This document shows, one piece after another, positions 48,674 to 58,601 of a DNA stretch of 64,000 nt (position 1 is its first letter; every line of letters starts with the position of its first letter). The notes beneath the pieces are model-generated. The model was not told where the DNA came from. It saw only the letters and a list, made by a program, of their open reading frames with translations, and ran no database searches. Source of the stretch: Pseudomonadota bacterium (GTDB taxonomy: Bacteria > Desulfobacterota > Desulfobacteria > Desulfobacterales > RPRI01). The stretch is taken from positions 1-64,000 of the forward strand of contig JBDRRF010000038.1 in NCBI GenBank assembly GCA_043825875.1, read 5' to 3'. The position numbers and the translations under genes are program-made.

Positions 48674-51397
48674 TCATTTGATATTCAATCCAGACCGGCG
48701 TCTGAACAGTTTTTCCGCTTCAACAGCTAAAAATATCACCATGCTGTTTGCCAAAACCATGCCCCAATCCAAAAGGCCCATTGGAACACTATCAAATATT
48801 TCGTTAAAAAAAGGCGAATAAGTATAAATAATCTGAAGCAGTGTCATGATCAATACACCCGGCCAGATAAATTTGTTGCTCCAAAGGCCCAGCTTCCAGA
48901 AAGGTTGAGTTATGGAACGACAATTAAACAGGTAAAACATTTCGCCGAATACGAATATATTAACCGCCAGTGTACGGGCCAAATCCTCGCTTTTTCCTAA
49001 AACATTAATTTCCAGATTGAAAACTCCGAAGGCTCCGATAACTAAAAGAACCGTAACCAATGCTATTCGCTGTATCATCGGCTTAGTAAGAATAGGCGTC
49101 TTGGGATCACGGGGTGGCCTTTTCATTATACCAGGCTCCTTGGGTTCGAATGCCAGCATCAAACCCAGGAGAAGGGCTGTTGTCATGTTAATCCACAGAA
49201 TCTGTAGAGGCAGTATAGGCAGTTTGCTTCCTGATAATACGGCGGCTAATATGACCAAGCCCTCCCCACCGTTTGTCGGAAGAGTCCAGGTGATAAATTT
49301 GATCAGGTTATCGAACACCCCCCGGCCTTCTTCAACTGCAGCTTTAATGGTTGCAAAATTATCGTCAGTAAGCACCATATCCGCCGATTCCTTGGATACT
49401 TCTGTACCCGTTATGCCCATCGCAACACCAATGTTTGCCTGGCGCAGGGCAGGAGCATCATTTACCCCATCACCCGTCATGGCCACTACATATTCCCGTT
49501 TTTGCAAAGCCTCCACCAGCCTAAGTTTCTGCTCGGGTGAAACCCTGGCAAATACTGCCGTGCGATCGGTCTGTTCCTCAAGGTCTTCATCACTTAACAT
49601 GGCAATATCTTTTCCCGTTAAAACTTCACGGGTATGATAAGAACAGCTTTCCCCGCACAAACCTATTTGCCGGGCAATGGCCGCAGCCGTTCCCGCATGG
49701 TCTCCTGTTATCATTTTAACACGGATTCCTGCACTCTGACATCCCTCAACTGCTTCTATTGCTTCGGGCCGTGGAGGATCTATCATTCCCTGAAGACCCA
49801 AAAACTCAATACCTTGTTCAACATCTGCATGGATAATACCGGCTTTATCGACTCCGACCTGTTTTCGCGCAAAGGCCAGCACTCTTAGACCTTTATCGGC
49901 CATTGAATGAACCCAGTCCATGATTGTATCATGTCCGGGAAGATCCGGCTGCCCGTCCGGCCCCAACATTATATTGCATTCAACACAAAGACTTTCAACG
50001 GAACCCTTGATGTAGATAGTCCGGTGCTTGTCATTTGCCCTGCTGTGAAGAGTTGCCATATACTGACGTTCGGATTCGAAAGGTATTGTGTCAAGGCGAG
50101 GCATTTCATTTTCCAGATTCTTTATATCATACCCGGCTTTGACAGCAGATGTAATCAGTGCACCTTCTGTGGGATCACCATCAACTTTCCATAAATCGTC
50201 AGTTTTTTTAAGACTTGAATCATTGCACAACATGCCGGCTTTCAGCAATTCCTGAAGAGCTATATTTGATTCAAGATCAAAACCGCCGTTAGCATCTTCT
50301 ATCCTGCCTTCGGGTGCATAGCCAACACCCGTTGCCATATATAGTTTCCCACCTGCAATTATCTCCTGTACCGTCATCTGATTTTGTGTAAGGGTACCTG
50401 TTTTGTCCGAACATATAATCATGGTTGAACCCAGAGTCTCTACCGCAGGCAATTTGCGTATGATAGCATTGCGATCGGCCATGCGCGAAACACCAATTGC
50501 CAAAGTTATGGTAATTGCTGCCGGAAGGCCTTCCGGAATGGCACCTACAGCCAGGGCAACAGAGGCCATAAACATTTCTACAAGGTCATTACCACGTAAA
50601 AATCCCACTGCAAAAGTCAGTACAGCCATTGCCAAAATGGCATAAAGCAATACCTTTGAAAAACTATGAATTTTTTTAGTAAGCGGAGTCTCAAGGATTT
50701 TAGCTGATGCAATCAATTCGTTTATTCGGCCTATCTCGGTACTGTCACCTGTGGATACCACAATCCCCCGTCCACCACCGTAGGTCACAAGGGTGGAAGA
50801 ATAAGCCATATTGCGCCTATCGCCTACCGCCATATCGGCTGGAAGCACTGTGTTTTCCTTATGCGTGGGCACACTTTCTCCCGTAAGGGCACTTTCATCA
50901 ATATGTAACTCACGTGTATGGATCAGGCGTATATCAGCCGGGACCTTGTCACCCGATCCAAGCATAACAATGTCACCCGGCACAAGCCGGTTTGACGGAA
51001 GGCGATGCTTTTGCCCGTCACGTAAAACATTAGCCTCGCTTGTCATTGCTTTGCTTAAGGCCTCGATAGCTTTAAGCGCTTTTGCCTCCTGCACAAAACC
51101 GATAAAAGCGTTCACTATAACTACGCCAAAGATTACCGCCGCATCCACGTATTCCTTAAGGAAAAAAGCAATAATTGCCGCCACAAGAAGGATATAAACA
51201 AGCGACTGGTTAAATTGCAAAAAGAACCGGGCGAAAAGCCCCTGGCCTTTTTTCTGTGTAAGTTCGTTTAAACCGAATATTTCCGTTCTATGCAATGCTT
51301 CCTGGTCGGACAGTCCCTTTGTTATATCGGTTTTTAAAACCGTGACTAATTCCTCAACTTCAAGGCCGTGCCAGTTCTTTTCCGTTGATATTTTCAT
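48674..51397 (-). CDS. Cation-transporting P-type ATPase (type IIA, Ca2+-like)
   Basis: TGES, PEGL, DKTGTLT, KGS.E, DPPR, TGDH, GDGVNDAPAL, QILWIN. Confidence 0.95.
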   Translation of the reverse strand: MKISTEKNWHGLEVEELVTVLKTDITKGLSDQEALHRTEIFGLNELTQKKGQGLFARFFLQFNQSLVYILLVAAIIAFFLKEYVDAAVIFGVVIVNAFIGFVQEAKALKAIEALSKAMTSEANVLRDGQKHRLPSNRLVPGDIVMLGSGDKVPADIRLIHTRELHIDESALTGESVPTHKENTVLPADMAVGDRRNMAYSSTLVTYGGGRGIVVSTGDSTEIGRINELIASAKILETPLTKKIHSFSKVLLYAILAMAVLTFAVGFLRGNDLVEMFMASVALAVGAIPEGLPAAITITLAIGVSRMADRNAIIRKLPAVETLGSTMIICSDKTGTLTQNQMTVQEIIAGGKLYMATGVGYAPEGRIEDANGGFDLESNIALQELLKAGMLCNDSSLKKTDDLWKVDGDPTEGALITSAVKAGYDIKNLENEMPRLDTIPFESERQYMATLHSRANDKHRTIYIKGSVESLCVECNIMLGPDGQPDLPGHDTIMDWVHSMADKGLRVLAFARKQVGVDKAGIIHADVEQGIEFLGLQGMIDPPRPEAIEAVEGCQSAGIRVKMITGDHAGTAAAIARQIGLCGESCSYHTREVLTGKDIAMLSDEDLEEQTDRTAVFARVSPEQKLRLVEALQKREYVVAMTGDGVNDAPALRQANIGVAMGITGTEVSKESADMVLTDDNFATIKAAVEEGRGVFDNLIKFITWTLPTNGGEGLVILAAVLSGSKLPILPLQILWINMTTALLLGLMLAFEPKEPGIMKRPPRDPKTPILTKPMIQRIALVTVLLVIGAFGVFNLEINVLGKSEDLARTLAVNIFVFGEMFYLFNCRSITQPFWKLGLWSNKFIWPGVLIMTLLQIIYTYSPFFNEIFDSVPMGLLDWGMVLANSMVIFLAVEAEKLFRRRSGLNIK

Positions 51398-51596
51398 TTA
51401 TTACTCCTAATAAAATATCTGATTATATGAACTTATTTTATAAATATTATGTAACAAACCCTGATATGGTCAAGAAAAAACCCGCCTGCCAGGCAAAACG
51501 TGATTATTCTTATTATATTTCAACTATTGAAAATCCAGAGATAAAGTAATACATATATGAAATTGAAGGTAATGCTAAGAAAAAAAGGAAACCAGG

Positions 51597-53090
51597 ATGA
51601 AAAAACAGGTTGTTGTTAGATTTGCACCAAGCCCTACCGGTTATTTGCATATTGGAGGTGCGAGAACTGCGATCTTTAACTGGCTTTATGCAAGAAAAAC
51701 CGGCGGCAAATTCATATTAAGAATTGAAGATACAGATGCCGAAAGATCCACGGAAAATTCTATAGAAGGAATAATTGAAGGATTAAAATGGCTCGGACTT
51801 TTATGGGATGAAGGCCCGAATTTTCAGAGCCAATACATTGAAGAACATCAAAGGACTGCACAAAAACTTCTTGAAACCGGATATGCGTATAAATGTTTCT
51901 GCACTAAAGAAGATATAGAAAAAAAACGTGAAGAAGCGGTTAAAGCTAAAAAAACTTACTCCTATGACAGGACATGCCGGAATCTGACCTGTGATCAGAC
52001 TGCAAAAAAAGAAGCAGATGGATTGCCTTATGCAATCAGGCTGAAAGTTCCTGATGGTTCGGGTAGCGTAGTTTTTAATGATGCGGTTTATGGAACAATA
52101 GAAAAAAAATATGCAGATATGGAAGATTTTATAATTGTGCGTTCAAACGGCAAACCTTTATATGTGCTGTCAAATGCGGTTGACGATATAAGAGATAAGG
52201 TTACACATATCATCCGTGGCCAGGACGGCCTTGCCAATACGCCCAAGCAGATACTCTTGTACAATGCTCTTGGTGCGACTTTGCCAGTTTTTGCGCACAT
52301 GTCTTTAACCCTTGATCCTAAGAAAGCAAAAATATCCAAACGGAATCATGGCGAACTTGTAGCCGTGCATTTTTACAAACAACACGGCTTTTTGCCCTGG
52401 GCCCTTGTTAATTTTCTGGTGCTTTTAGGCTGGGCAACACCTGAATCAAAAGAAATTTTTTCAAAAGAAGAGCTTATCGAAGCGTTTTCTTTAGAGGGAA
52501 TAAGCCGGGCAAATTCCGTTTTTAACATTAACAAGGATGATCCAAAGTACTTTACCGATCCCAAAGCTATAAATGTCAATGCCCATTATTTAAGAACAAT
52601 TCCTGTACAAGAGCTTTTGCCTTATGTAAAAAAGCAGCTTGAAGGCGGGGGTTTGTGGAATGACGAATTTGAAACAAATCGAAAACAGGAATTTATCGAT
52701 ATAATTGAACTTGTCCGCAGCAGGTTTCATATATTAACTGATTTTACAACAACAGGCAGGGCATTTTTTTCTGATGATTACTTGATAGATGCCGGTGCAT
52801 TAAAGAAGAATATCCTTAAACACCCTGAACTTGCAAAATGGCTTTTATGTCTTGCTGACAGGTTCAATACATTAGAAGATTACAATGCCTCAACAATAGA
52901 AACAGTAATTATGGATATGGCTGGTGATGTAAGCGTTAAACCCGGAATTCTTGTAAACGGTATTCGCATTGCCATAACAGGCCAGGCTGTTGGGCCAGAT
53001 TTTATAAAATCTCTTATTACAATCGGACAGAATAAAGTGACGGAACGTCTGGCAAAAAGTCCTTTGTTATTTAAAGATGCAATTTCTTAA
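51597..53090 (+). CDS. gltX: Glutamyl-tRNA synthetase
   Basis: RFAPSPTGYLHIGG, LRIEDTD, THIIRG, KISKR, anticodon-binding domain. Confidence 0.95.
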   Translation: MKKQVVVRFAPSPTGYLHIGGARTAIFNWLYARKTGGKFILRIEDTDAERSTENSIEGIIEGLKWLGLLWDEGPNFQSQYIEEHQRTAQKLLETGYAYKCFCTKEDIEKKREEAVKAKKTYSYDRTCRNLTCDQTAKKEADGLPYAIRLKVPDGSGSVVFNDAVYGTIEKKYADMEDFIIVRSNGKPLYVLSNAVDDIRDKVTHIIRGQDGLANTPKQILLYNALGATLPVFAHMSLTLDPKKAKISKRNHGELVAVHFYKQHGFLPWALVNFLVLLGWATPESKEIFSKEELIEAFSLEGISRANSVFNINKDDPKYFTDPKAINVNAHYLRTIPVQELLPYVKKQLEGGGLWNDEFETNRKQEFIDIIELVRSRFHILTDFTTTGRAFFSDDYLIDAGALKKNILKHPELAKWLLCLADRFNTLEDYNASTIETVIMDMAGDVSVKPGILVNGIRIAITGQAVGPDFIKSLITIGQNKVTERLAKSPLLFKDAIS

Positions 53091-53113
53091 AAAGTTAAAC
53101 TTGAGTCTTATTT

Positions 53114-54628
53114 ATGAACATTTCATATCTTCTGCTAAACAGTGCAGGAAAATATCCGGATAAAACAGCAATTATTTCGGAAGATAAAGTATTTTCGTAT
53201 AAAGCATTTAATACAAGAGTAAACTGTCTGGCTGACGCTATGAGGCAACACGGTCTTAAAGCAGGAGACAGGGTTGCAATTATGTTTTTCAACAGCCATC
53301 AGTTTGCAGAAGTATATTTTGCCGTTGTAAAATCCGGAGCGGTTGCAACACCGGTCAATTTTCGTTTTGTGGCTGATGAGATCGAATATATTATTAATCA
53401 TTCAAAAGCCTGTTTCTTTTTCTTTGGAAAAGATTTTGAAGAAACAATATCAATTGCTTGTCACACACTGCCGACAGTAAAGCATTTTGTATGCGTGGAT
53501 GCACAAAAAGATGGTTTCGCCCATGATTATGAAATGTTTTTGTCTTCCGGAAAAGCGGATGATAATTTATTTGATGCAAAAGAAAACGATCCCTGCCAAA
53601 TAATGTATACATCAGGGACAACTGGAAAACCTAAAGGTGCAGTTATTACACACGGCAATATCTTCTGGAATCTTTATAATACAATTTTAGGAAGAGAAGA
53701 CCACAGCGGTGAAGTATCTCTGATCATCGGCCCTATGTATCATACGGCCGGTTTGAATAATCATTTTACCATACAGATAGCCTTAGGCGGTACATGTATT
53801 CTGATTAAAAAATTCGAGCCTGAAACTATTTTAAGATATATCGAAGAAAAAAGTGTGAATGTTATATCCGGCGCCCCCTCTATGTTTAACATACTACTCC
53901 AATATCCGAAGCTTGAAGATTATAACACTTCCTCTATTACCAAATGCACATCAGGAGCAGCCATATTGCCTGTTGAGATCAAGAAAAAACTTTTAAAGGT
54001 TTTTCCCAATTCAAACGGAGTTTATGATGTGTATGGGTGTACCGAGGCATCTCCAACTATTACCATATTAAATGGAAATGATTCTTTTAGAAAGCACGGA
54101 TCAGTAGGACGTGCCGTAAATTTTTTGCAGGTCAGAGTGGTTGATGAAGATGGAAATTCCATGCCTGCGGATCAAGCCGGAGAGCTTATCTGCAAAGGTC
54201 CGAATATAATGCAGGAATACTACAATGACAGCAAAGCAACAAAAGAAGCGATTAAAAACGGATGGCTTTATACCGGAGATATGGCAAAAATTGATAACGA
54301 GGGCTATTTTTATATAGTGGATAGAAAGAAAGACATGATTTCAAGCGGAGGGGAAAATATTTATCCGCGAGAGATTGAAGAAGTACTTTTCGGACATCCG
54401 TCTGTTGCTGATGTTGCCGTTATCGGAATTCCAGATGCCGTTTGGGGTGAAACCGTCAAGGCTTTTGTGGTTTTGAAAACAGGAGTGACTATGAGTGAGC
54501 AGGAAGTAATCAATTATTGTAAAAAGCACCTTGCAAGCTATAAAAAGCCAAGAGCAGTAAGTTTTGTTGAATCCATTCCTAAAAATCCGTCAGGAAAAGT
54601 TTTAAAGAGGCTGCTCAAAACAATGTAA
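53114..54628 (+). CDS. Long-chain-fatty-acid--CoA ligase family protein
   Basis: YTSGTTGKPKG, YGCTE, WLYTGD, DRKKDMISSGGENIYP, SGKVLK. Confidence 0.92.
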   Translation: MNISYLLLNSAGKYPDKTAIISEDKVFSYKAFNTRVNCLADAMRQHGLKAGDRVAIMFFNSHQFAEVYFAVVKSGAVATPVNFRFVADEIEYIINHSKACFFFFGKDFEETISIACHTLPTVKHFVCVDAQKDGFAHDYEMFLSSGKADDNLFDAKENDPCQIMYTSGTTGKPKGAVITHGNIFWNLYNTILGREDHSGEVSLIIGPMYHTAGLNNHFTIQIALGGTCILIKKFEPETILRYIEEKSVNVISGAPSMFNILLQYPKLEDYNTSSITKCTSGAAILPVEIKKKLLKVFPNSNGVYDVYGCTEASPTITILNGNDSFRKHGSVGRAVNFLQVRVVDEDGNSMPADQAGELICKGPNIMQEYYNDSKATKEAIKNGWLYTGDMAKIDNEGYFYIVDRKKDMISSGGENIYPREIEEVLFGHPSVADVAVIGIPDAVWGETVKAFVVLKTGVTMSEQEVINYCKKHLASYKKPRAVSFVESIPKNPSGKVLKRLLKTM

Positions 54629-54748
54629 TGCAGAAAAGAGCATAAAAATCCGTCTTGACAATATAGTTGTCATCCGGTAGCAAATTCCGTAAGTTAAATT
54701 AATGAAGCTAATTGCATCTTAATTAAATATCTTAAAGCAGGATAAAAA

Positions 54749-55618
54749 ATGAAAAAACTAACATCAATAGGTACAGGGACTAAACTGTGCGCAGTTATAG
54801 GAAATCCGATTTCTCACAGCCTTTCGCCCGCTATACATAACGCAGGTTATGATGCACTTGATCTGGATTTTGTTTATGTGTCATTTAAGGTTGAAGATGT
54901 AAAAAATGCATTGTCCGGTATGAGAGCGCTTGAGAATTTCAGAGGGATGAGTGTTACTATTCCACATAAAATTGCAATAATTGATCTTGTGGATGAAATA
55001 TCTGATCTGGATAGAAATATTGGTTCCATAAATACGGTAATAAATGAAAACGGCAAACTGTTCGGTTTGGGTACAGATGGTCCTGGCGCTCTTAAGGCAA
55101 TCCGTGATGCAGGTGTGAATCTTGAAGGGCTAAATGTATTGATGCTTGGTTCAGGCGGTGCAGCACGCGCTATAGCATTTACTATAGCACATAATACAGG
55201 CCTTGCTAAACTTACTCTTCTTGATATCGATGCTGACATGCTAAAAAAACTGGCTTCTGATCTTAAAGCAGGTACAGATGCGTCTATTGATTCGGATATG
55301 CTTACAGATGAAACTTTATCTGCAAATATGAAAGACGCAAATCTTGTTATACACTGCACACCAATCGGAATGCATCCAAAAGAAAATGCCTCGCTTGTTC
55401 CGGCAGATCTGTTTAAACCAGGACAGGTAATTTTTGATGTTGTTTATACGCCGCTTAAAACAAAACTGTTGAAAGACGCAGAATCTCACGGTCTTAAAAC
55501 TATTTCCGGGGTAGAAATGTTTATTAATCAGGCAGTACTTCAATTTGAACGCTTTACCGGTGTAAATGCCCCGGAAGAAGTAATGCGCAAAGTTGTTATG
55601 GAGCGTCTTAACTCATGA
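54749..55618 (+). CDS. aroE: Shikimate dehydrogenase
   Basis: GNPISHSLSPAIHN, VTIPHK, SINT, TDG, GSGGAARA, FDVVYTP. Confidence 0.95.
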   Translation: MKKLTSIGTGTKLCAVIGNPISHSLSPAIHNAGYDALDLDFVYVSFKVEDVKNALSGMRALENFRGMSVTIPHKIAIIDLVDEISDLDRNIGSINTVINENGKLFGLGTDGPGALKAIRDAGVNLEGLNVLMLGSGGAARAIAFTIAHNTGLAKLTLLDIDADMLKKLASDLKAGTDASIDSDMLTDETLSANMKDANLVIHCTPIGMHPKENASLVPADLFKPGQVIFDVVYTPLKTKLLKDAESHGLKTISGVEMFINQAVLQFERFTGVNAPEEVMRKVVMERLNS

Positions 55619-56124
55619 ATATTGTATTAATAGGATACCGCGGAACAGGAAAAAGCGAAGTTGCAAAAATTCTTTCCGAAAAACTCAAAATGAAAAGCAT
55701 CGGAATGGATGCCGAAATTGTTAATAAAGCAGGTCTTACAATTCCGCAAATTGTTGAAAAATACGGCTGGGATAAATTCCGCAGCATAGAAACAGAAGTT
55801 GCCCTTGATGTTTCAAAGCTTGATAATGTTATTGTTGATACCGGAGGAGGTGTTATTGAACGGACGGAAAACATTGAAGCTCTTAAAAAAACCGGAATCA
55901 TATTCTGGTTAAAGGCTTCTGTGGATGTTATTGTTGCGCGCATTGAATCAGGAACCGATCGGCCTGCTTTAACTCAAGGGAAAACATTTACCGAAGAAGT
56001 TGCAGAGGTTCTTGATAGAAGAACAGCTAAATATAAAAGCTCTGCTAAGCATGAAATAGATACTGACCAAATAACTCCAAATCAGGTTTCAGACAGGATT
56101 GTTGAAATCTTGAATAAGAAATAG
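55615..56124 (+). CDS. aroK: Shikimate kinase
   Basis: GYRGTGKS P-loop, GWDKFRSIE, DTGGG, RP motif. Confidence 0.93.
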   Translation: MNIVLIGYRGTGKSEVAKILSEKLKMKSIGMDAEIVNKAGLTIPQIVEKYGWDKFRSIETEVALDVSKLDNVIVDTGGGVIERTENIEALKKTGIIFWLKASVDVIVARIESGTDRPALTQGKTFTEEVAEVLDRRTAKYKSSAKHEIDTDQITPNQVSDRIVEILNKK

Positions 56125-56526
56125 CAAATACTCGTTTCTGGTCTGGTGTTGAACTTTTATTACGAGTTAATAAATCCTGCATTTGTAAATTTCCACCTTT
56201 TCAATTTATCACTCAACCATCTTACAATTATATCTATTTTACTACCCAAAGAAACTTCATCACATGATAATTTTCCCGCCAAAATAAATGATCATTATTT
56301 TGGCACAGCCGTCAATTTAATGACGCAAAATCCCCTCCTGGTTAGCTTATAGATGTTAATTTGCAGGAGGAATAATTTATTTTTACTTTTTTTAAAGTTT
56401 GCTTATATGAGTTATAAACATTCATCCAACTAACAGGAATAATATCTATTAATTTTTACTAAACAAACATCGTTACTATCATTAGCAGTAAAACCTTAAT
56501 TGCCTTAATAGACATACCTTATATTT

Positions 56527-56542
56527 CGGCATCCAACTTGCT
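56527..56542 (+). promoter_or_regulatory. Candidate sigma54 promoter
   Basis: CGGCATCCAACTTGCT (GG-N10-GC). Confidence 0.55.
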
Positions 56543-56665
56543 TTATGTAGATTCAAATTGCCTGTGGTTACTACGAGAGCTCTGATTAACTTTGGTTTGC
56601 CATATCAGGTGAGGGAACAAAAAATTTAATTTGAATGGATGCAAAGCAAAGCTTTCACTACAGGC

Positions 56666-56693
56666 TAAAGTTATCAAGCTTTGCTTCCGATAA
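56666..56693 (+). promoter_or_regulatory. Candidate sigma28 (FliA) promoter
   Basis: TAAAGTTA-N12-TCCGATAA versus consensus TAAAGTTT-N11-GCCGATAA, upstream of a chemoreceptor operon. Confidence 0.55.
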
Positions 56694-56822
56694 TAGAAGG
56701 TAACAAAAGCTGATTTATTAAATCAAGCTAAATCGAGGCAGAAAGGTGTGACACAGATTGGTCTGATAATTTTGGGTTATTATCTATAGCATCAGGCAAT
56801 TATTATTATTTAAGGAGGAAAC

Positions 56823-56849
56823 ATGGTTAAAAGGAGGAAAACATTATGA
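56823..56849 (+). CDS. Putative 8-codon leader ORF (MVKRRKTL)
   Basis: Own AGGAGG Shine-Dalgarno, contains the next gene's AGGAGG, and its TGA overlaps ATG 56846 (ATGA). Confidence 0.45.
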   Translation: MVKRRKTL

Positions 56850-57280
56850 AAGTAAAAGGTTTAATGGGAATTTTTATCATTGGGTTGGTTTTACTCGTTC
56901 CGGTTGCAGGAGCAGTATCGGCAGGCGATGTGCAAATCATTGCAAACAAAAATGTGTCCCTGAGTTATATTTCATCGAATATGCTCAAGGATATTTTTCT
57001 TGGCAAGAAAAATACATGGGACAATGGGTCGAGCATAAATTTTGTGACTTTGGATTCCGGTCAGTCACATATTGATTTTCTTAAAGACTATCTTCAAAAA
57101 TCCGATGCTCAGTTTAACAACTACTGGAAAAAGCAGGTATTTACCGGCCAGGGCCAGATGCCCAAAGCCTTTAGTTCGGACAAAGCCATGATAGATTTTG
57201 TTGCAGGAACTAATGGGGCCATTGGATATGTTTCTAGTACAGCAGACACCGGATCGGTTAAAACCATTACAGTAAAATAA
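56846..57280 (+). CDS. Small periplasmic PstS-like (single-lobe) binding protein
   Basis: Signal peptide; LKDIFLGKKNTW, YWKKQVFTGQGQMPK, FVA...GAIGYV. Confidence 0.8.
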   Translation: MKVKGLMGIFIIGLVLLVPVAGAVSAGDVQIIANKNVSLSYISSNMLKDIFLGKKNTWDNGSSINFVTLDSGQSHIDFLKDYLQKSDAQFNNYWKKQVFTGQGQMPKAFSSDKAMIDFVAGTNGAIGYVSSTADTGSVKTITVK

Positions 57281-57297
57281 GAGGAGGAACCTATATA

Positions 57298-58491
57298 ATG
57301 AGAAAAATATTAATATTTATAGCAGCATTTATGACAATTGGATTTTGCTCTAATGCTTTAGCTGTGGAAGCTGATGTGCTGGGCGGTGTTTCAATTCACG
57401 GTTTTATATCACAGGGGTATTTATTAAGCAGTGAGTATAATTATCTTACCCACAACAGCAGGACAGGAAGCTTTGAATATAATGAAATGGGCATAAATTT
57501 CAGTAAGCAGGTAAGCGATAAACTACGAATAGGAGTACAGATATTTTCCAGGGACTTAGGAAATGTTGCCAATAATAAAGTTGCTATAGACTGGGCCTAT
57601 GCAGACTATAAATGGCAAGACTGGCTTGGAATAAGAGCCGGCAAGCTTAAAATGCCCTTAGGAATATTTAACGAAACACGTGATATCGATATGCTTCGCA
57701 CTTGCATAATATTGCCCCAGAATTTTTACCCTGATCTTATGAGAGATGTTACCGTAGGCTTAAACGGGATAGGCCTTTATGGCTATATTCCTGTTGGGCC
57801 TGTAGGAAGTTTGGATTATGTAGCTATTGTTGGTTCAATGAGCATAGATAATGCGAGCGGCGTCGAAAAATATATGAACAGTACTATGACTGGAACACCT
57901 TTGGTTATGAATGGTGAGATTGATGCAGATACCGCTATTACTGGCCGCATCAAATGGAATACACCGCTTGACGGGTTGGGACTTTCAGCTAGTATGTTGA
58001 AATTTAAAGCTGTAATGCCTCTGCTTGTCAGCGGCGTAGTTTCCACAGCAATGGAAATGGATCAGATGATCTATGGTATGGGCGTGGAATACACCTGGGA
58101 TAATCTGTTTCTGGCAGGTGAATACAGAATAAGTGATGTGGACAGTACAGTGTTTGGAACAACAACAAATAAAAAGACAGAAAATTATTATGTAATGGCT
58201 TCTTACCGGTTTAACGACTGGTTTGAACTGGGATCATATTATACTATTTCTTATACAGACAAAGATGACAAGCACGGTGATAATATTGTTGAGACTGCTA
58301 CACTCAAGGATCACTCAGCCTGGCAAAAGGATCTGGCCCTGTCTGCCCGTTTTGATATAAATTCAAACTGGATATTTAAAGTTGAAGGTCACAAAGTAAA
58401 CGGCACCTCAAATGTTCTGGCTGTGGATAATGCCGACAGATCAGAAAAAGACTGGTATTATGGCGCAGCAAAGCTGACATTTAGCTTCTAA
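57298..58491 (+). CDS. Outer-membrane beta-barrel/porin-like protein
   Basis: Signal peptide, IHGFISQGY, DWAYADY, RAGKLKMPLG.FNE, C-terminal KLTFSF. Confidence 0.82.
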   Translation: MRKILIFIAAFMTIGFCSNALAVEADVLGGVSIHGFISQGYLLSSEYNYLTHNSRTGSFEYNEMGINFSKQVSDKLRIGVQIFSRDLGNVANNKVAIDWAYADYKWQDWLGIRAGKLKMPLGIFNETRDIDMLRTCIILPQNFYPDLMRDVTVGLNGIGLYGYIPVGPVGSLDYVAIVGSMSIDNASGVEKYMNSTMTGTPLVMNGEIDADTAITGRIKWNTPLDGLGLSASMLKFKAVMPLLVSGVVSTAMEMDQMIYGMGVEYTWDNLFLAGEYRISDVDSTVFGTTTNKKTENYYVMASYRFNDWFELGSYYTISYTDKDDKHGDNIVETATLKDHSAWQKDLALSARFDINSNWIFKVEGHKVNGTSNVLAVDNADRSEKDWYYGAAKLTFSF

Positions 58492-58505
58492 CCGCCTATC
58501 ACATA

Positions 58506-58542
58506 GATTCAGTTGCAGGGAATATTTCCCTGCAACTGAATC
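58506..58542. other. Perfect 17-bp intercistronic hairpin
   Basis: GATTCAGTTGCAGGGAA-TAT-TTCCCTGCAACTGAATC with no U-tract on the + strand. Confidence 0.85.
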
Positions 58543-58601
58543 GAAAATCTAATTGTTAACAGCTTCCGGTAAAGCCGGATTAAGGAGGCTATAGATCAAT
58601 T

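Noticed and set aside
56300..56372. c-di-GMP-I riboswitch (GACGCAAA followed by a hairpin)
   Set aside because: Lacks the GGCAAA...GAAA tetraloop stem and the typical second stem, and lies upstream of the candidate promoters.
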